A stretch of 64,000 nucleotides of DNA from Syntrophobacterales bacterium (GCA_020060385.1 JAGVAH010000043.1:24860-88859); one strand, 5' to 3'; positions 1-8,941 are shown, counted from the first letter of the stretch. Made by a program: numbers and translations. Notes: generated by a model from the sequence alone, not told the origin.

Positions 1-56
1 TGTGGGCCTGAGCCTGGGGGTGATATTTTTCTCACGCAAAGGCGCAAGAGAATATT

Positions 57-1229
57 TTGGAAAACCAGGACTCCATAAATTATCCGGATATTGAGAAACC
101 GCCCCGGCCCCGGAAGGAGCTGCGCCAGGGGTTTTCCACGGGCACCGCGGCCGCGGCCGCGGCCCAGGGGGCCTTGCGGGAATTATTGGAACTGCCTTGC
201 CCAGAGAGGGTGGAGGTGGAGCTGCCCGGGGGCGGCAGCCTGAGCATCCCCCTCCACTCCCATAGACGGAATGGGAGCCGGGGTGAAGCCGCGGTCATCA
301 AGGACGCGGGGGACGACCCGGACGTGACCAACGGCGCGGAGATCCGGGTCCAAGTCTGGTTTTTAGACCAGGGCCACCGCAATAAAGATGAAATTCAGTT
401 TCAGGCCGGGGCCGGGGTGGGGCGGGTGACCAAACCGGGGCTGGCCCTGGCCGTGGGGGAGCCGGCCATCAACCAGGTGCCCCGGAAGATGATCCGCCAC
501 AGCCTGAAGAAGGTATGGGAGCAAGTCTTGCCGGATCAGCCGATGCGACTGGGGGTGGAAGTTTTGGTAACCCGGGGGGAGGAGATGGCCCGCCACACCC
601 TGAACCCCCGCCTGGGGATCATCGGCGGCATCTCCATTCTGGGCACCACCGGGCTGGTGAAGCCCTTTTCCCACGCGGCCTACCGGGCCACCATCGCCGC
701 CAGCCTCAAGGTGGCCCAGGCTTTGGGAATTAAACAAATTGTCTTCAGCACCGGGGGCAAGAGCGAATCCTATTTGCAGGCCCTGCTGCCGGAGTTGCGG
801 GAAGAGGCCTTCGTGCAGATGGGGGATTATGTGCGCTTTGCCCTGAAGACCGGGGCCAACCTGAAGTTTCCGGAGATCACGGTGGGGGCCTTTTTCGGCA
901 AGGCCCTGAAGATCTCCCAGGGTTGGGGGCATACCCATGCCTCCCGGGGATTGGCCGATTTGAAAAGATTGGGCCAATTAACCGGGGAAACCACCGGCAA
1001 CTCCCGGCTGGCCCAGGAGGTGGCCCGGGCCAACACCGGGCGGCAGGCCCTGGAAATCCTCCTGGCCGCGCAGGCGCAGCCGGTGGTGGCGGCGGTGGTG
1101 GCGGCGGTGGGGGCGCGGATGCTGGCGGCCTTGCGGGATTATGCCGGGCCCGGTCCGGATTTGGCCGCGGTGATCCTGGATTTTGCGGGGGTGCCCCTGT
1201 GGCGGGGGGAGGGTGCGGGAAGAAAATAA
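57..1229 (+). CDS. cbiD: cobalt-precorrin-5B (C1)-methyltransferase CbiD
   Basis: 390-aa ORF. N-terminal LRQGFSTGTAAAAAAQGA and central GTTGLVKPFS motifs are typical of CbiD. It is the first gene of a co-directional cbi/cob run. The TTG start is uncertain. Confidence 0.85.
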   Translation: MENQDSINYPDIEKPPRPRKELRQGFSTGTAAAAAAQGALRELLELPCPERVEVELPGGGSLSIPLHSHRRNGSRGEAAVIKDAGDDPDVTNGAEIRVQVWFLDQGHRNKDEIQFQAGAGVGRVTKPGLALAVGEPAINQVPRKMIRHSLKKVWEQVLPDQPMRLGVEVLVTRGEEMARHTLNPRLGIIGGISILGTTGLVKPFSHAAYRATIAASLKVAQALGIKQIVFSTGGKSESYLQALLPELREEAFVQMGDYVRFALKTGANLKFPEITVGAFFGKALKISQGWGHTHASRGLADLKRLGQLTGETTGNSRLAQEVARANTGRQALEILLAAQAQPVVAAVVAAVGARMLAALRDYAGPGPDLAAVILDFAGVPLWRGEGAGRK

Positions 1230-1232
1230 AGA

Positions 1233-1264
1233 GATCACGCCAAGACGCCAAGGCGCAAAGACGC
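1233..1264 (+). repeat. RepA copy (gatcacGCCAAGACGCCAAGGCGCaaagacgc)
   Basis: The same about 30-nt motif recurs at 26-50 (degenerate), 2828-2862 and 16994-17008. It lies directly after the cbiD stop. Confidence 0.8.
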
Positions 1265-1339
1265 ATTATTATATTTAGTAGGGCGGCCGTCCCGGCCGCC
1301 AGCGGCAAGGCGGGCACGGAGGCCTGCTCCACTTATTAA

Positions 1340-1372
1340 CCCCCCTTTTCTAAAGGGGGGTAGGGGAGATTA
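1340..1372. repeat. RepB half-unit: hairpin CCCCCCTTTtctAAAGGGGGG followed by TAGGGGAGATT
   Basis: Perfect C6T3/A3G6 stem read directly. Related copies occur at 3736-3814, 7351-7430 and 7576-7597. Confidence 0.85.
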
Positions 1373-1455
1373 AATAACCGCTGAATAATCCTTTAAATTT
1401 AATAGGCTTACTTAATCGTTTCCAAGGAATTAGTGGGCAGTGCCCACCGTTTATG

Positions 1456-1542
1456 TAATTCTGAACTGAGCGAAGCGGAGTGAAGAATCTAGGCATGCCC
1501 AGCGCTAGATTCTTCGGTCGCTCCGGCTCCCTCAGAATGACA
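1456..1542. repeat. RepC imperfect inverted-repeat element (attctgaactgagcgaagcgg...ctagattcttcgg...ctcagaatgac)
   Basis: Left and right arms are reverse complements with mismatches. Related copies occur at 8810-8941 and 53205-53274. Confidence 0.8.
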
Positions 1543-1580
1543 AGGGAAGTGTTGAAAGCTGACTGCTGAGAGCTACTGAC

Positions 1581-2795
1581 ATGATGCCGGTACACGTGGT
1601 GGGCCTGGGCATGTCCCCGGAGGACCTGACGCCCCAGGCCCGGGAGATTATCCGGGAGGCCCAGGTGCTTATCGGGGGTAGGCGTCTCCTGGGGTATTTC
1701 CCGGAGCATCCGGCCCGGAAGATCACCATGGGGAAGGACCCGGAAGCCACCCTGGCCCAAATCCCGGCCCTGGCCGCGGACAAAAGAGTGGTAGTCCTGG
1801 CCTCCGGCGACCCCCTCTACTATGGGGTGGGTCCACTGGTGGTCAAGGTCCTGGGGGCCAACCAGGTAGTGGTGCACCCCAATATCACCGCGGTCCAGGC
1901 CGCGTGCGCCCGCCTGCAAATCGCCTGGCAGGACGCCCAGATCATCAGCCTCCACGGCCGCGCCTGGGAGCCCCTGGCCGCGGCCCTGGGCCGGGCGGGG
2001 AAATTGATCATTTACACCGACCCGGAGCACACCCCGGGAGCCATCGCCCGGTTTCTCCTGGAGCGGGGGCAAAGGGACAGCAGGCTCTGCGTCTTGGAGG
2101 ATTTGGGCCAGACAACGGAGCGCCTCACCTGGCTCAGTCCGGAAGAAGCCCGGGAGCGGGAATTTTCCCCGCTAAACGTGGTGGTGATTCTGTCCGCAAC
2201 CGAGCAGCAGACTGAAGGGCCGCCGCGGCTGCATCTGGGGCTGGCGGAAGAGGCTTTTGCCCATCAGCGGGGCCTGATCACCAAGGCCGAGATCCGGGCC
2301 GTGGTCCTGGCCAAGTTGGAGCTTTATCCGGGGATGGTCCTGTGGGACGTGGGCGCGGGCTGCGGCTCCGTGGGCCTGGAGGCCAGCCTGCTGCTTCCCG
2401 GGGGTCGTATCTACGCGGTGGAACAGGAGGCGGAGCGGGCCGCACAAATCAGGGCCAACGGGGCCAAATTCGGAGTGGGCAACCTGGAAGTGGTCTGCGG
2501 CCATGCGCCTGAGGCTTTATCCGGCCTGCCCGCCCCCCGGCGGGTGTTCATCGGCGGGGGCGGCCGGGATTTGGCGGAGATCCTGAAAACGGTTCTGGGC
2601 CGTCTGCAGGGGCAGGGGCGGGTGGTCCTCACCGCCACCCTCCTGGAGACCCTGGACACCGCCCGGGAGGTTCTGACTCAAAACGGCTGGGAGATGGAGG
2701 TGGTGCAGCTCCAGGTGAGCCGCTCCCGGCCTCTGGCCGGGGGGAGTTTTATGCAGGCCCTGAACCCGGTGTGGATCGTTACCGGTTATCAATAA
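1581..2795 (+). CDS. cbiET: fused cobalt-precorrin-6B/7 C5,C15-methyltransferase and decarboxylase (CbiE-CbiT, CobL-type)
   Basis: 404 aa. The N-terminal half is tetrapyrrole-methylase-like (VHVVGLGMSPEDLT, LASGDPLYYG). The C-terminal half has a Rossmann SAM motif (VLWDVGAGCGSVGLE). Confidence 0.85.
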   Translation: MMPVHVVGLGMSPEDLTPQAREIIREAQVLIGGRRLLGYFPEHPARKITMGKDPEATLAQIPALAADKRVVVLASGDPLYYGVGPLVVKVLGANQVVVHPNITAVQAACARLQIAWQDAQIISLHGRAWEPLAAALGRAGKLIIYTDPEHTPGAIARFLLERGQRDSRLCVLEDLGQTTERLTWLSPEEAREREFSPLNVVVILSATEQQTEGPPRLHLGLAEEAFAHQRGLITKAEIRAVVLAKLELYPGMVLWDVGAGCGSVGLEASLLLPGGRIYAVEQEAERAAQIRANGAKFGVGNLEVVCGHAPEALSGLPAPRRVFIGGGGRDLAEILKTVLGRLQGQGRVVLTATLLETLDTAREVLTQNGWEMEVVQLQVSRSRPLAGGSFMQALNPVWIVTGYQ

Positions 2796-2827
2796 TCCTT
2801 GGCTTTCTTTGTCTCTTTGCGTGATGA

Positions 2828-2862
2828 TTTTCTCACCCCAAGACGCCAAGGCGCCAAGACGC
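2828..2862 (+). repeat. RepA copy (tttctcaccCCAAGACGCCAAGGCGCCAAGACGC)
   Basis: Near-identical core to 1233-1264. It lies in the cbiET-cbiF spacer. Confidence 0.8.
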
Positions 2863-2884
2863 AGAAATTAGAGAAGAAAGATAA

Positions 2885-3667
2885 ATGACAGACAATTTCC
2901 CCGTCGTCTTTTTAGGGGCCGGGCCGGGAGACCCGGAGCTGATCACGGTCAAGGGGCAGCAGGCCCTGGCCCGGGCGGACGTGGTCTTCTACGCGGGCTC
3001 CCTGGTGTCGGAGGCGGTGCTGGGTTGGGCCCGGCCGAGTGCTGAAAAGATAAACACCGCGCCCCTGAATCTGGAGCAGATTGTCGCCCAGATGATCCAT
3101 GCCCAGCGGGCCGGAAAAAGGGTGGTGCGGGTCCACTCCGGGGACACCGCCCTGTTCAGCGCCATGCAGGAGCAACTGGAAATTTTGGAGAAAGAGGCCA
3201 TCCCCTGCCAGGTGATTCCCGGGGTCACCGCGGCCGCGGCCGCGGCCGCGGCCCTGGCCCAGGAACTCACCCTGCCGGAGGTGACCCAGACGGTCATTTT
3301 GACCAGGGCTGCGGGGCGCACCCCGGTGCCGGAGCGGGAAGCCCTGGGCGAGCTGGCCGGCCATGGGGCCACCCTGGTCATTTACCTCAGCATCAAACTC
3401 ATCGATCAGGTGGTGGCGGAACTCGCCACGGCCTATGGCCCCAAGACCCCGGTGGCGGTGGTTTACCGGGCGAGCTGGCCGGACCAGCAGATCATCCGGG
3501 GCACCCTGGCCGATATCGCCGCCAAGGTGAAAGAGGCGGGAATTGAGCGCCAGGCCTTGATCCTGGTGGGGCCGGCCCTGGCCGCCCGGGAGGGGAGGCT
3601 GCAGGCCCAGTCCAAACTTTATGACCGGACTTTTGCCCATGGATTCCGTCCCGGCCCGAAAGATTAG
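2885..3667 (+). CDS. cbiF: cobalt-precorrin-4 C11-methyltransferase CbiF
   Basis: 260 aa. VVFLGAGPGDPELITVKG and VHSGDTALFS are tetrapyrrole methylase motifs. Size and position fit CbiF/CobM. Confidence 0.9.
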   Translation: MTDNFPVVFLGAGPGDPELITVKGQQALARADVVFYAGSLVSEAVLGWARPSAEKINTAPLNLEQIVAQMIHAQRAGKRVVRVHSGDTALFSAMQEQLEILEKEAIPCQVIPGVTAAAAAAAALAQELTLPEVTQTVILTRAAGRTPVPEREALGELAGHGATLVIYLSIKLIDQVVAELATAYGPKTPVAVVYRASWPDQQIIRGTLADIAAKVKEAGIERQALILVGPALAAREGRLQAQSKLYDRTFAHGFRPGPKD

Positions 3668-3735
3668 TACCTAGTGTCACGTTCCACCAATAGTGTGATA
3701 TAAATTTAGCCCCTCTTGATTGCGAGGTATTTAAG

Positions 3736-3814
3736 CCCCCCTTTTCTAAAGGGGGATTTAGGGGGATTTTCAGGTGCTTATAAAATCCCCCCTACCCCCC
3801 TTGTCAAAGGGGGG
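3736..3814. repeat. RepB composite dimer (hairpin + TAGGGGGATTTT, 11-nt spacer, AAAATCCCCCCTA + hairpin)
   Basis: Two RepB half-units in inverted orientation, read directly. Same architecture as 7351-7430. Confidence 0.85.
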
Positions 3815-3842
3815 ACTTAGAACAGCCTGACATTGTGGGTTT

Positions 3843-4883
3843 ATGCGGCCAACTACCAGGATTTTAGCCCTCACCCCCCAGGGCGCGGCTTTGGCTCGGC
3901 GGCTGTGCAATAATCTGGCCGGGTCCCAATGCTGGCTGCCCCCAGTACAGGCCGGGGATGACCCGGGAGTAAAGACCTTCCACCAACTAACCCAGGTTTT
4001 CCAGGAAGCCTTTGAGCGCCGGGAAAATTTGGTGTGCATCATGGCCGCGGGCATCGTGGTCAGAAGCATCACCCCCTATCTCCGGGGCAAGGACGCGGAC
4101 CCGGCGGTGGTGGTGGTGGATGAGGGGGGGCAGTTCGCGGTCAGCCTCCTTTCCGGGCACCTGGGGGGGGCCAACGACCTGGCCCGGGAGGTGGCGCAAA
4201 TCCTGGGGGGCACCCCGGTGATCACCACCGCCACCGATGTGCAAAAACTGCCGGCCCTGGATTCCCTGGCCGGGGCCCGGGGGTGGGCCATCGACAACCT
4301 GGCCGCGGTGCGGCTGGTGTCCATGGCCCTCTTGTCCGGAAATAAGGTCCGGCTGGTGGACCCGGAGGGTTACCTGGCCGATGTGCTAAGAGAAAACCCC
4401 GGCCTTTTCATGGGCGAAAATGACCTGGACGCGGCCCTGGCCGGTGAGGGGCCCGGCGTCTACGTGGGCTTCCGGGAGCGGGCCTGGCCCCCGGGCTGGC
4501 TCATTCTCCGCCCTAAAAATCTGGTGGCCGGGATGGGCTGCCACAAGGGCACCCCGGCCCCGGAAATTTTGAGTTTTATTGAGGAGACCTTCAGGCAGGA
4601 AAGGCTGTCCCTGGCCTCCCTGAAGGCCCTGGCCACCATCGAGGCGAAAAAGGAGGAACCGGGCCTGCGGCAGGCAGCCGCCAGCCTGGGAGTGGAATTT
4701 ATATGGTTTACCGCCGAGGAACTGCAAACCGTGACCGTGCCCCATCCCTCGCTGCAGGTGGCCCGCCATCTGGGGGTGGCCAGCGTCAGCGAAGCCGCGG
4801 CCCTGAAGGCCGGAGGGGTGGAGTTGATCCTCACCAAGGTGAAGGGCGCCAACGCCACCCTGGCGGTGGCCCGGGTCGCCTGA
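3843..4883 (+). CDS. cbiG: cobalt-precorrin-5A hydrolase CbiG
   Basis: 346 aa located between cbiF and cbiH. The two-domain layout and the C-terminal GVASVSEAAAL segment are as in CbiG. Confidence 0.8.
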   Translation: MRPTTRILALTPQGAALARRLCNNLAGSQCWLPPVQAGDDPGVKTFHQLTQVFQEAFERRENLVCIMAAGIVVRSITPYLRGKDADPAVVVVDEGGQFAVSLLSGHLGGANDLAREVAQILGGTPVITTATDVQKLPALDSLAGARGWAIDNLAAVRLVSMALLSGNKVRLVDPEGYLADVLRENPGLFMGENDLDAALAGEGPGVYVGFRERAWPPGWLILRPKNLVAGMGCHKGTPAPEILSFIEETFRQERLSLASLKALATIEAKKEEPGLRQAAASLGVEFIWFTAEELQTVTVPHPSLQVARHLGVASVSEAAALKAGGVELILTKVKGANATLAVARVA

Positions 4884-4885
4884 CG

Positions 4886-5683
4886 GTGGTCAGCCTGGGG
4901 CCGGGATTCCCGGAGTACATCATCCCCCAGGCCCAGGCAGCCCTGGCCGGGGCCCAGGTGGTGGCGGGCTATCATACTTATATCGAGCTCCTGAAACCCT
5001 TGTTGGCCCACCAGGAGGTGGTGGCCTCCGGCATGAAGGGAGAGGTGAAGCGCTGCCAGGCGGCCATCGACCGGGCTTTAGGGGGAGCGCGGGTGGCCCT
5101 GGTCTCCAGCGGCGACGCGGGCATCTATGGCATGGCCGGGCTGGTCCTGGAGATTTGCGCGGCCCGGGAGTTGAAAGTGGGGCCGCCCGGGGACCCGGGA
5201 AAAGTGGATTTTCACCTGGAGGTGATTCCCGGGGTGCCGGCCCTGGCTGCGGCCGCGGCCCTGCTGGGCGCGCCATTGATGCACGATTTTGCCGCCATCT
5301 CCCTGAGCGATCTCCTCACCCCCTGGGAGACCATTAAAAAGCGGGTGGAGCTGGCCGGGGCCGGGGATTTCGTCATCGGCCTCTATAACCCCAAGAGCAA
5401 GAAAAGGGACTGGCAACTGGCCGCGGTCCGGGATATCTTGCTTAAGGTCAAGGACCCGGCCACGCCGGTGGGCATAGTCTCCCGGGCCATGCGGGAAGGG
5501 CAGGGGGTGGTGATCACCACCCTGAAGGAGATGCTGGCCTATCCGGTGGACATGCAGACCGTGGTTATTATCGGCAATTCCCAGACTTTTACGTATGGGC
5601 CGTACATGGTGACGCCCAGGGGTTATTTGAACAAGTATCAGGTAACGCAGGCAGAAGGAGAGGGAGAAGCTCCGGCCACTTGA
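4886..5683 (+). CDS. cbiH: cobalt-precorrin-3B C17-methyltransferase CbiH
   Basis: The methylase domain begins at VVSLGPGFPEYIIPQA, with SSGDAGIYGMAG further in. The tracked ORF (4703..) runs 180 nt into cbiG in another frame. I place the start at GTG 4886, just after the cbiG stop (4881-4883), but this start is uncertain. Confidence 0.85.
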   Translation: MVSLGPGFPEYIIPQAQAALAGAQVVAGYHTYIELLKPLLAHQEVVASGMKGEVKRCQAAIDRALGGARVALVSSGDAGIYGMAGLVLEICAARELKVGPPGDPGKVDFHLEVIPGVPALAAAAALLGAPLMHDFAAISLSDLLTPWETIKKRVELAGAGDFVIGLYNPKSKKRDWQLAAVRDILLKVKDPATPVGIVSRAMREGQGVVITTLKEMLAYPVDMQTVVIIGNSQTFTYGPYMVTPRGYLNKYQVTQAEGEGEAPAT

Positions 5684-5753
5684 ACAGAGTGGCACAGGCT
5701 TTCCAACCCGTGCGGGTTACAGGCGGGCGTGACGCCCGCCCCTACCTAAGCAT

Positions 5754-7265
5754 ATGAAATACCGTCCTTTAATGATCCTGGGCTCGGGCTCGGACGTGGG
5801 CAAAAGCATCATGGCCGCCGGCCTCTGCCGCATCTTCCGCCAGGAGGGCGTCCGGGTGGCGCCCTTCAAGGCCCAAAACATGGCCCTGAACAGCTTCATC
5901 ACCCCGGAGGGCGGGGAGATGGGCCGGGCCCAGGTGGTGCAGGCCCAGGCCGCGGGCCTGGCTCCCCACGTGGACATGAACCCCATCCTATTAAAACCCA
6001 GCAGCCAGGTGGGCTCCCAGGTGATCGTCCACGGGAAGGTTTACGGCAATTTCTCCGCCCAGGAATATTACCGGCACAAACCCCGGCTGGTCCGGAAGGT
6101 GATGGAAAGCTACCGCCGCCTGAGCAAAAATTATGAGCTCATCATCCTGGAAGGGGCCGGCAGCGCGGTGGAACTGAACCTGAAGAAAAACGACCTGGTC
6201 AACTTTAATATGGCCAGAAAGGCCGGGGCCGCGGTGCTCCTGGTGGCGGACATAGACCGGGGCGGGGTCTTTGCGGCCACCATCGGCTCCTTCCATCTGC
6301 TGACCCCCGGTGAGCGCCGTCTGCTTCAGGGGTTCATCATCAACAAGTTCCGGGGGGACCCGGAACTCTTTAAAGAGGGGGAGGGAATCATCGAGAAGCG
6401 CACCGGGCGGCCGGTCCTGGGGTTGGTGCCCTATGCCCCGGACCTGATTCTCCCGGAAGAGGACAGTGTGGCCCTGGGGCGCAAACCCAGCCCCGGAGAC
6501 TGGTCCGCGTCCGGAAGCCTACGCATCGGCGTGGTGCGCCTGCCCCATATCTCCAACTACACCGATTTCGACCCCCTGGAGCAGGAACCGGGGGTCTCCC
6601 TGCGTTACCTGGACCACCGCCAGGGGCTTAACGGGGTGGATCTGCTCATCCTGCCCGGGACCAAGAACACCATCAGCGACCTCCTTTATCTCAAGGAGAG
6701 CGGGCTCTTTCCGCAGATTCAGGCCTTTGCCCAAAATGGCGGTTACCTGGTGGGTATCTGCGGGGGCTATCAGCTTTTGGGCCTGGAGGTTCGGGATCCC
6801 CTGGGGGTGGAAGGCCCGCCCCGGACGGAGGAGGGCCTGGGACTGCTGCCGGTGGTCACCACCATGGCCGGGGACAAGACCACCACCCAGGTGCAGGCCC
6901 GGGCCCCCGGGGCCTCGGGGCCGGTCATCGAGGCCTACGAAATCCACATGGGGGAGACCCAATCTCAGGGGGGCGGCGAAGCAGCCTTTGAGATCATCAG
7001 CCGCAATGGCGTCCCCGTTTCCGTGGAGGACGGCTGGGTCAGTCCGGACCGCCGGGTCTGGGGGACTTACCTCCATGGGCTCTTTGACAACGACGATTTC
7101 CGGCGGGGGTTCCTGGGGGAGATTAACCAGAACCGGAGCCGGGCAGGGACGGACTCCCCGGCCTGGTCTTTTAGAGAATTTCAGGAGGCCCAGTTGGACC
7201 GCCTGGCGGACCTGATGCGCCGGCACCTGGATATTGCCAAAATTCGAGCCATGATTGAGCCGTGA
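5754..7265 (+). CDS. cobQ: cobyric acid synthase CobQ/CbiP
   Basis: 503 aa. N-terminal ATPase motif (ILGSGSDVGKS) and C-terminal type-1 glutamine amidotransferase motifs (ICGGYQLLG, YLHGLF). Confidence 0.9.
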   Translation: MKYRPLMILGSGSDVGKSIMAAGLCRIFRQEGVRVAPFKAQNMALNSFITPEGGEMGRAQVVQAQAAGLAPHVDMNPILLKPSSQVGSQVIVHGKVYGNFSAQEYYRHKPRLVRKVMESYRRLSKNYELIILEGAGSAVELNLKKNDLVNFNMARKAGAAVLLVADIDRGGVFAATIGSFHLLTPGERRLLQGFIINKFRGDPELFKEGEGIIEKRTGRPVLGLVPYAPDLILPEEDSVALGRKPSPGDWSASGSLRIGVVRLPHISNYTDFDPLEQEPGVSLRYLDHRQGLNGVDLLILPGTKNTISDLLYLKESGLFPQIQAFAQNGGYLVGICGGYQLLGLEVRDPLGVEGPPRTEEGLGLLPVVTTMAGDKTTTQVQARAPGASGPVIEAYEIHMGETQSQGGGEAAFEIISRNGVPVSVEDGWVSPDRRVWGTYLHGLFDNDDFRRGFLGEINQNRSRAGTDSPAWSFREFQEAQLDRLADLMRRHLDIAKIRAMIEP

Positions 7266-7350
7266 GAATCAGCACCCTTGATTGCCAAGATGCTTAAAGT
7301 CTATCAGACTGCTAAAAATTGTCTTTGGCTTGAATTACCAGCATTCCTTT

Positions 7351-7430
7351 CCCCCCCTTTGCAAAAGGGGGGTAGGGGGGATTTTATAACCGCCTGAAAA
7401 TCCCCCTAAATCCCCCTTTTTCAAAGGGGG
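7351..7430. repeat. RepB composite dimer
   Basis: CCCCCCCCTTTgcAAAAGGGGGG TAGGGGGGATTTT ataaccgcctg AAAATCCCCCTAAA TCCCCCTTTTTCAAAGGGGGA. Same architecture as 3736-3814. Confidence 0.85.
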
Positions 7431-7575
7431 ACTTGAGAGACATTTGCTTCTTAATGGGGCATGGAATTGTCACGAAAGATTTTTTCTCAACAGCTTGCTT
7501 AAGCGATGCAGGAGCTTCGCCCCCATTTGCGTTCCCAAGCAGAGCTTGGGAACGAGTTAAAATAATTACTCCTGA

Positions 7576-7597
7576 CCCCCCCCTTGGCAAAAGGGGG
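7576..7597. repeat. RepB-like single hairpin (CCCCCCCCTTggcAAAAGGGGG)
   Basis: C-run/G-run stem, located about 20 nt upstream of the cobD start region. Confidence 0.7.
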
Positions 7598-7617
7598 AAG
7601 AAAATGACTGCCATATT

Positions 7618-8718
7618 ATGCGCGAACCTATGAAATTGAGTGTTAATTTACCCGAAAAGACCCCTCTCCACGGGGGCGACGTCTATCACCTGGCCCGTAC
7701 CCTGGGGCTGGACCTCAGGGAGCTGCTGGATTTTTCCGCCAATATCAATCCCCTGGGATTCCCCCCGGGCATCCCGGGGGCCGTCCTGGAGGCCCTGCCG
7801 GAGATCGTCCATTACCCGGATCGCCGCTGTCTGGCCCTGAAGGAGGACCTGGCGGCCTTTCACGGTCTGCCCCCGGAGGAGGTCCTGGTGGGCAACGGCT
7901 CCACGGAGCTCATCTACCTGGCGGCCCGGGCCCTGAGACCGAAAAAGGCCCTCATCGTCGCCCCGGCCTTCAGCGAATATGAACACGCCTTGAGCGCCGC
8001 GGGAGTGCCGGCGGCTTTTCATCTCACCACCGAGGCCCAAAATTTCACCCTGGATCAGCCCCCGGAGCTCCAGGCCGCGGACCTGGTCTTCCTGGCCCAC
8101 CCAGCCAGCCCCAGCGGGGCCTTGCTGGGGCCGGACCTCCTTATGGAGGTGGCGGCCCGTATCGAGGCCCCGGGGGCCTATTTGCTCCTGGACGAGGCCT
8201 TCATCGATTTTGTGGAAGAGGCCTCCTTTAAAACGAACCTGGCCCAATTCCCCCGGGTCTTGATCCTGCGCTCCTTTACCAAGTTTTTTGCCATTCCCGG
8301 CATGCGGCTGGGGTATCTCCTGGGAGGGGCAGGGCTGATCGAGCGCTTGGCCGCGGTCCAGGAACCCTGGTCGGTGAATACCCTGGCCCAGGCCATGGGC
8401 CGGGCCTGCCTCCGGGATATCGATTATATGGAGCGTACCCGCGTCTTGGTGCGCCGGGAGCGGCAGCGCCTCCTGGAGGGACTGGCGGCCCTGCCGGGGC
8501 TGCACCCCTTTGACAGCACAGTGAATTATCTGTTGGTCAAAATCAACCGGCCGGATTTTACCGCGGCCAGCCTGCAAAAAGCCCTGCTTGCCCAGAGGAT
8601 CGTCATCCGGGACGCCAGCAATTTTCGGGGTCTGGATGAGAGGTTCATCCGGGTTGCGGTACGGTCCCGGGAGGAGAATCAAAGGCTCCTGGAGGCGCTG
8701 GGAGAGCTTTTGAGATAG
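7618..8718 (+). CDS. cobD: L-threonine-O-3-phosphate decarboxylase (CobD/CobC type, PLP aminotransferase fold)
   Basis: 366 aa. Contains HGGD near the N-terminus, FSANINPLG, and SFTKFFAIPGMRLGY (PLP lysine context). It sits between cobQ and cbiB. The start could instead be ATG 7630. Confidence 0.8.
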   Translation: MREPMKLSVNLPEKTPLHGGDVYHLARTLGLDLRELLDFSANINPLGFPPGIPGAVLEALPEIVHYPDRRCLALKEDLAAFHGLPPEEVLVGNGSTELIYLAARALRPKKALIVAPAFSEYEHALSAAGVPAAFHLTTEAQNFTLDQPPELQAADLVFLAHPASPSGALLGPDLLMEVAARIEAPGAYLLLDEAFIDFVEEASFKTNLAQFPRVLILRSFTKFFAIPGMRLGYLLGGAGLIERLAAVQEPWSVNTLAQAMGRACLRDIDYMERTRVLVRRERQRLLEGLAALPGLHPFDSTVNYLLVKINRPDFTAASLQKALLAQRIVIRDASNFRGLDERFIRVAVRSREENQRLLEALGELLR

Positions 8719-8722
8719 CGTC

Positions 8723-8792
8723 CAGGGGTCAGGGGCCAGGGGCTAGTGATAAGTAATAAGTAATAAGCTAGAGGTGATCAGTGGTCAGTGGC
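8723..8792 (+). repeat. heptanucleotide tandem array, 10 units in one phase
   Basis: Units in order: CAGGGGT CAGGGGC CAGGGGC TAGTGAT AAGTAAT AAGTAAT AAGCTAG AGGTGAT CAGTGGT CAGTGGC. The array starts 5 nt after the cobD stop. Confidence 0.9.
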
Positions 8793-8809
8793 TAAAAAAG
8801 ACCGAAAAC

Positions 8810-8941
8810 TATACAAGGCGTCATAAATTTTGGCGCATCATTGTCACCCTGAGCGAAGCGAAGGGTCTAGATTCTTCGCCGTCTTTTGCGGCTCAGAATG
8901 ACAAAAAAGAACATGCGCAAATACCTATGACGCTCTGTATA
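8810..8941. repeat. RepC full MITE-like palindromic element (about 132 bp)
   Basis: Nested inverted repeats: TATACA/TGTATA ends, GCGTCATA...GCGCAT / ATGCGC...TATGACGC, and an inner core gtcaccctgagcgaagcgaagggtctag / ctagattcttcgcc...gctcagaatgac. Confidence 0.8.

Noticed and set aside
4703-4885. 61-codon N-terminal extension of the cbiH ORF overlapping cbiG
   Set aside because: The extension is Gly/Arg/Pro-rich out-of-frame read-through of cbiG with no methylase features. The conserved domain starts right after the cbiG stop.
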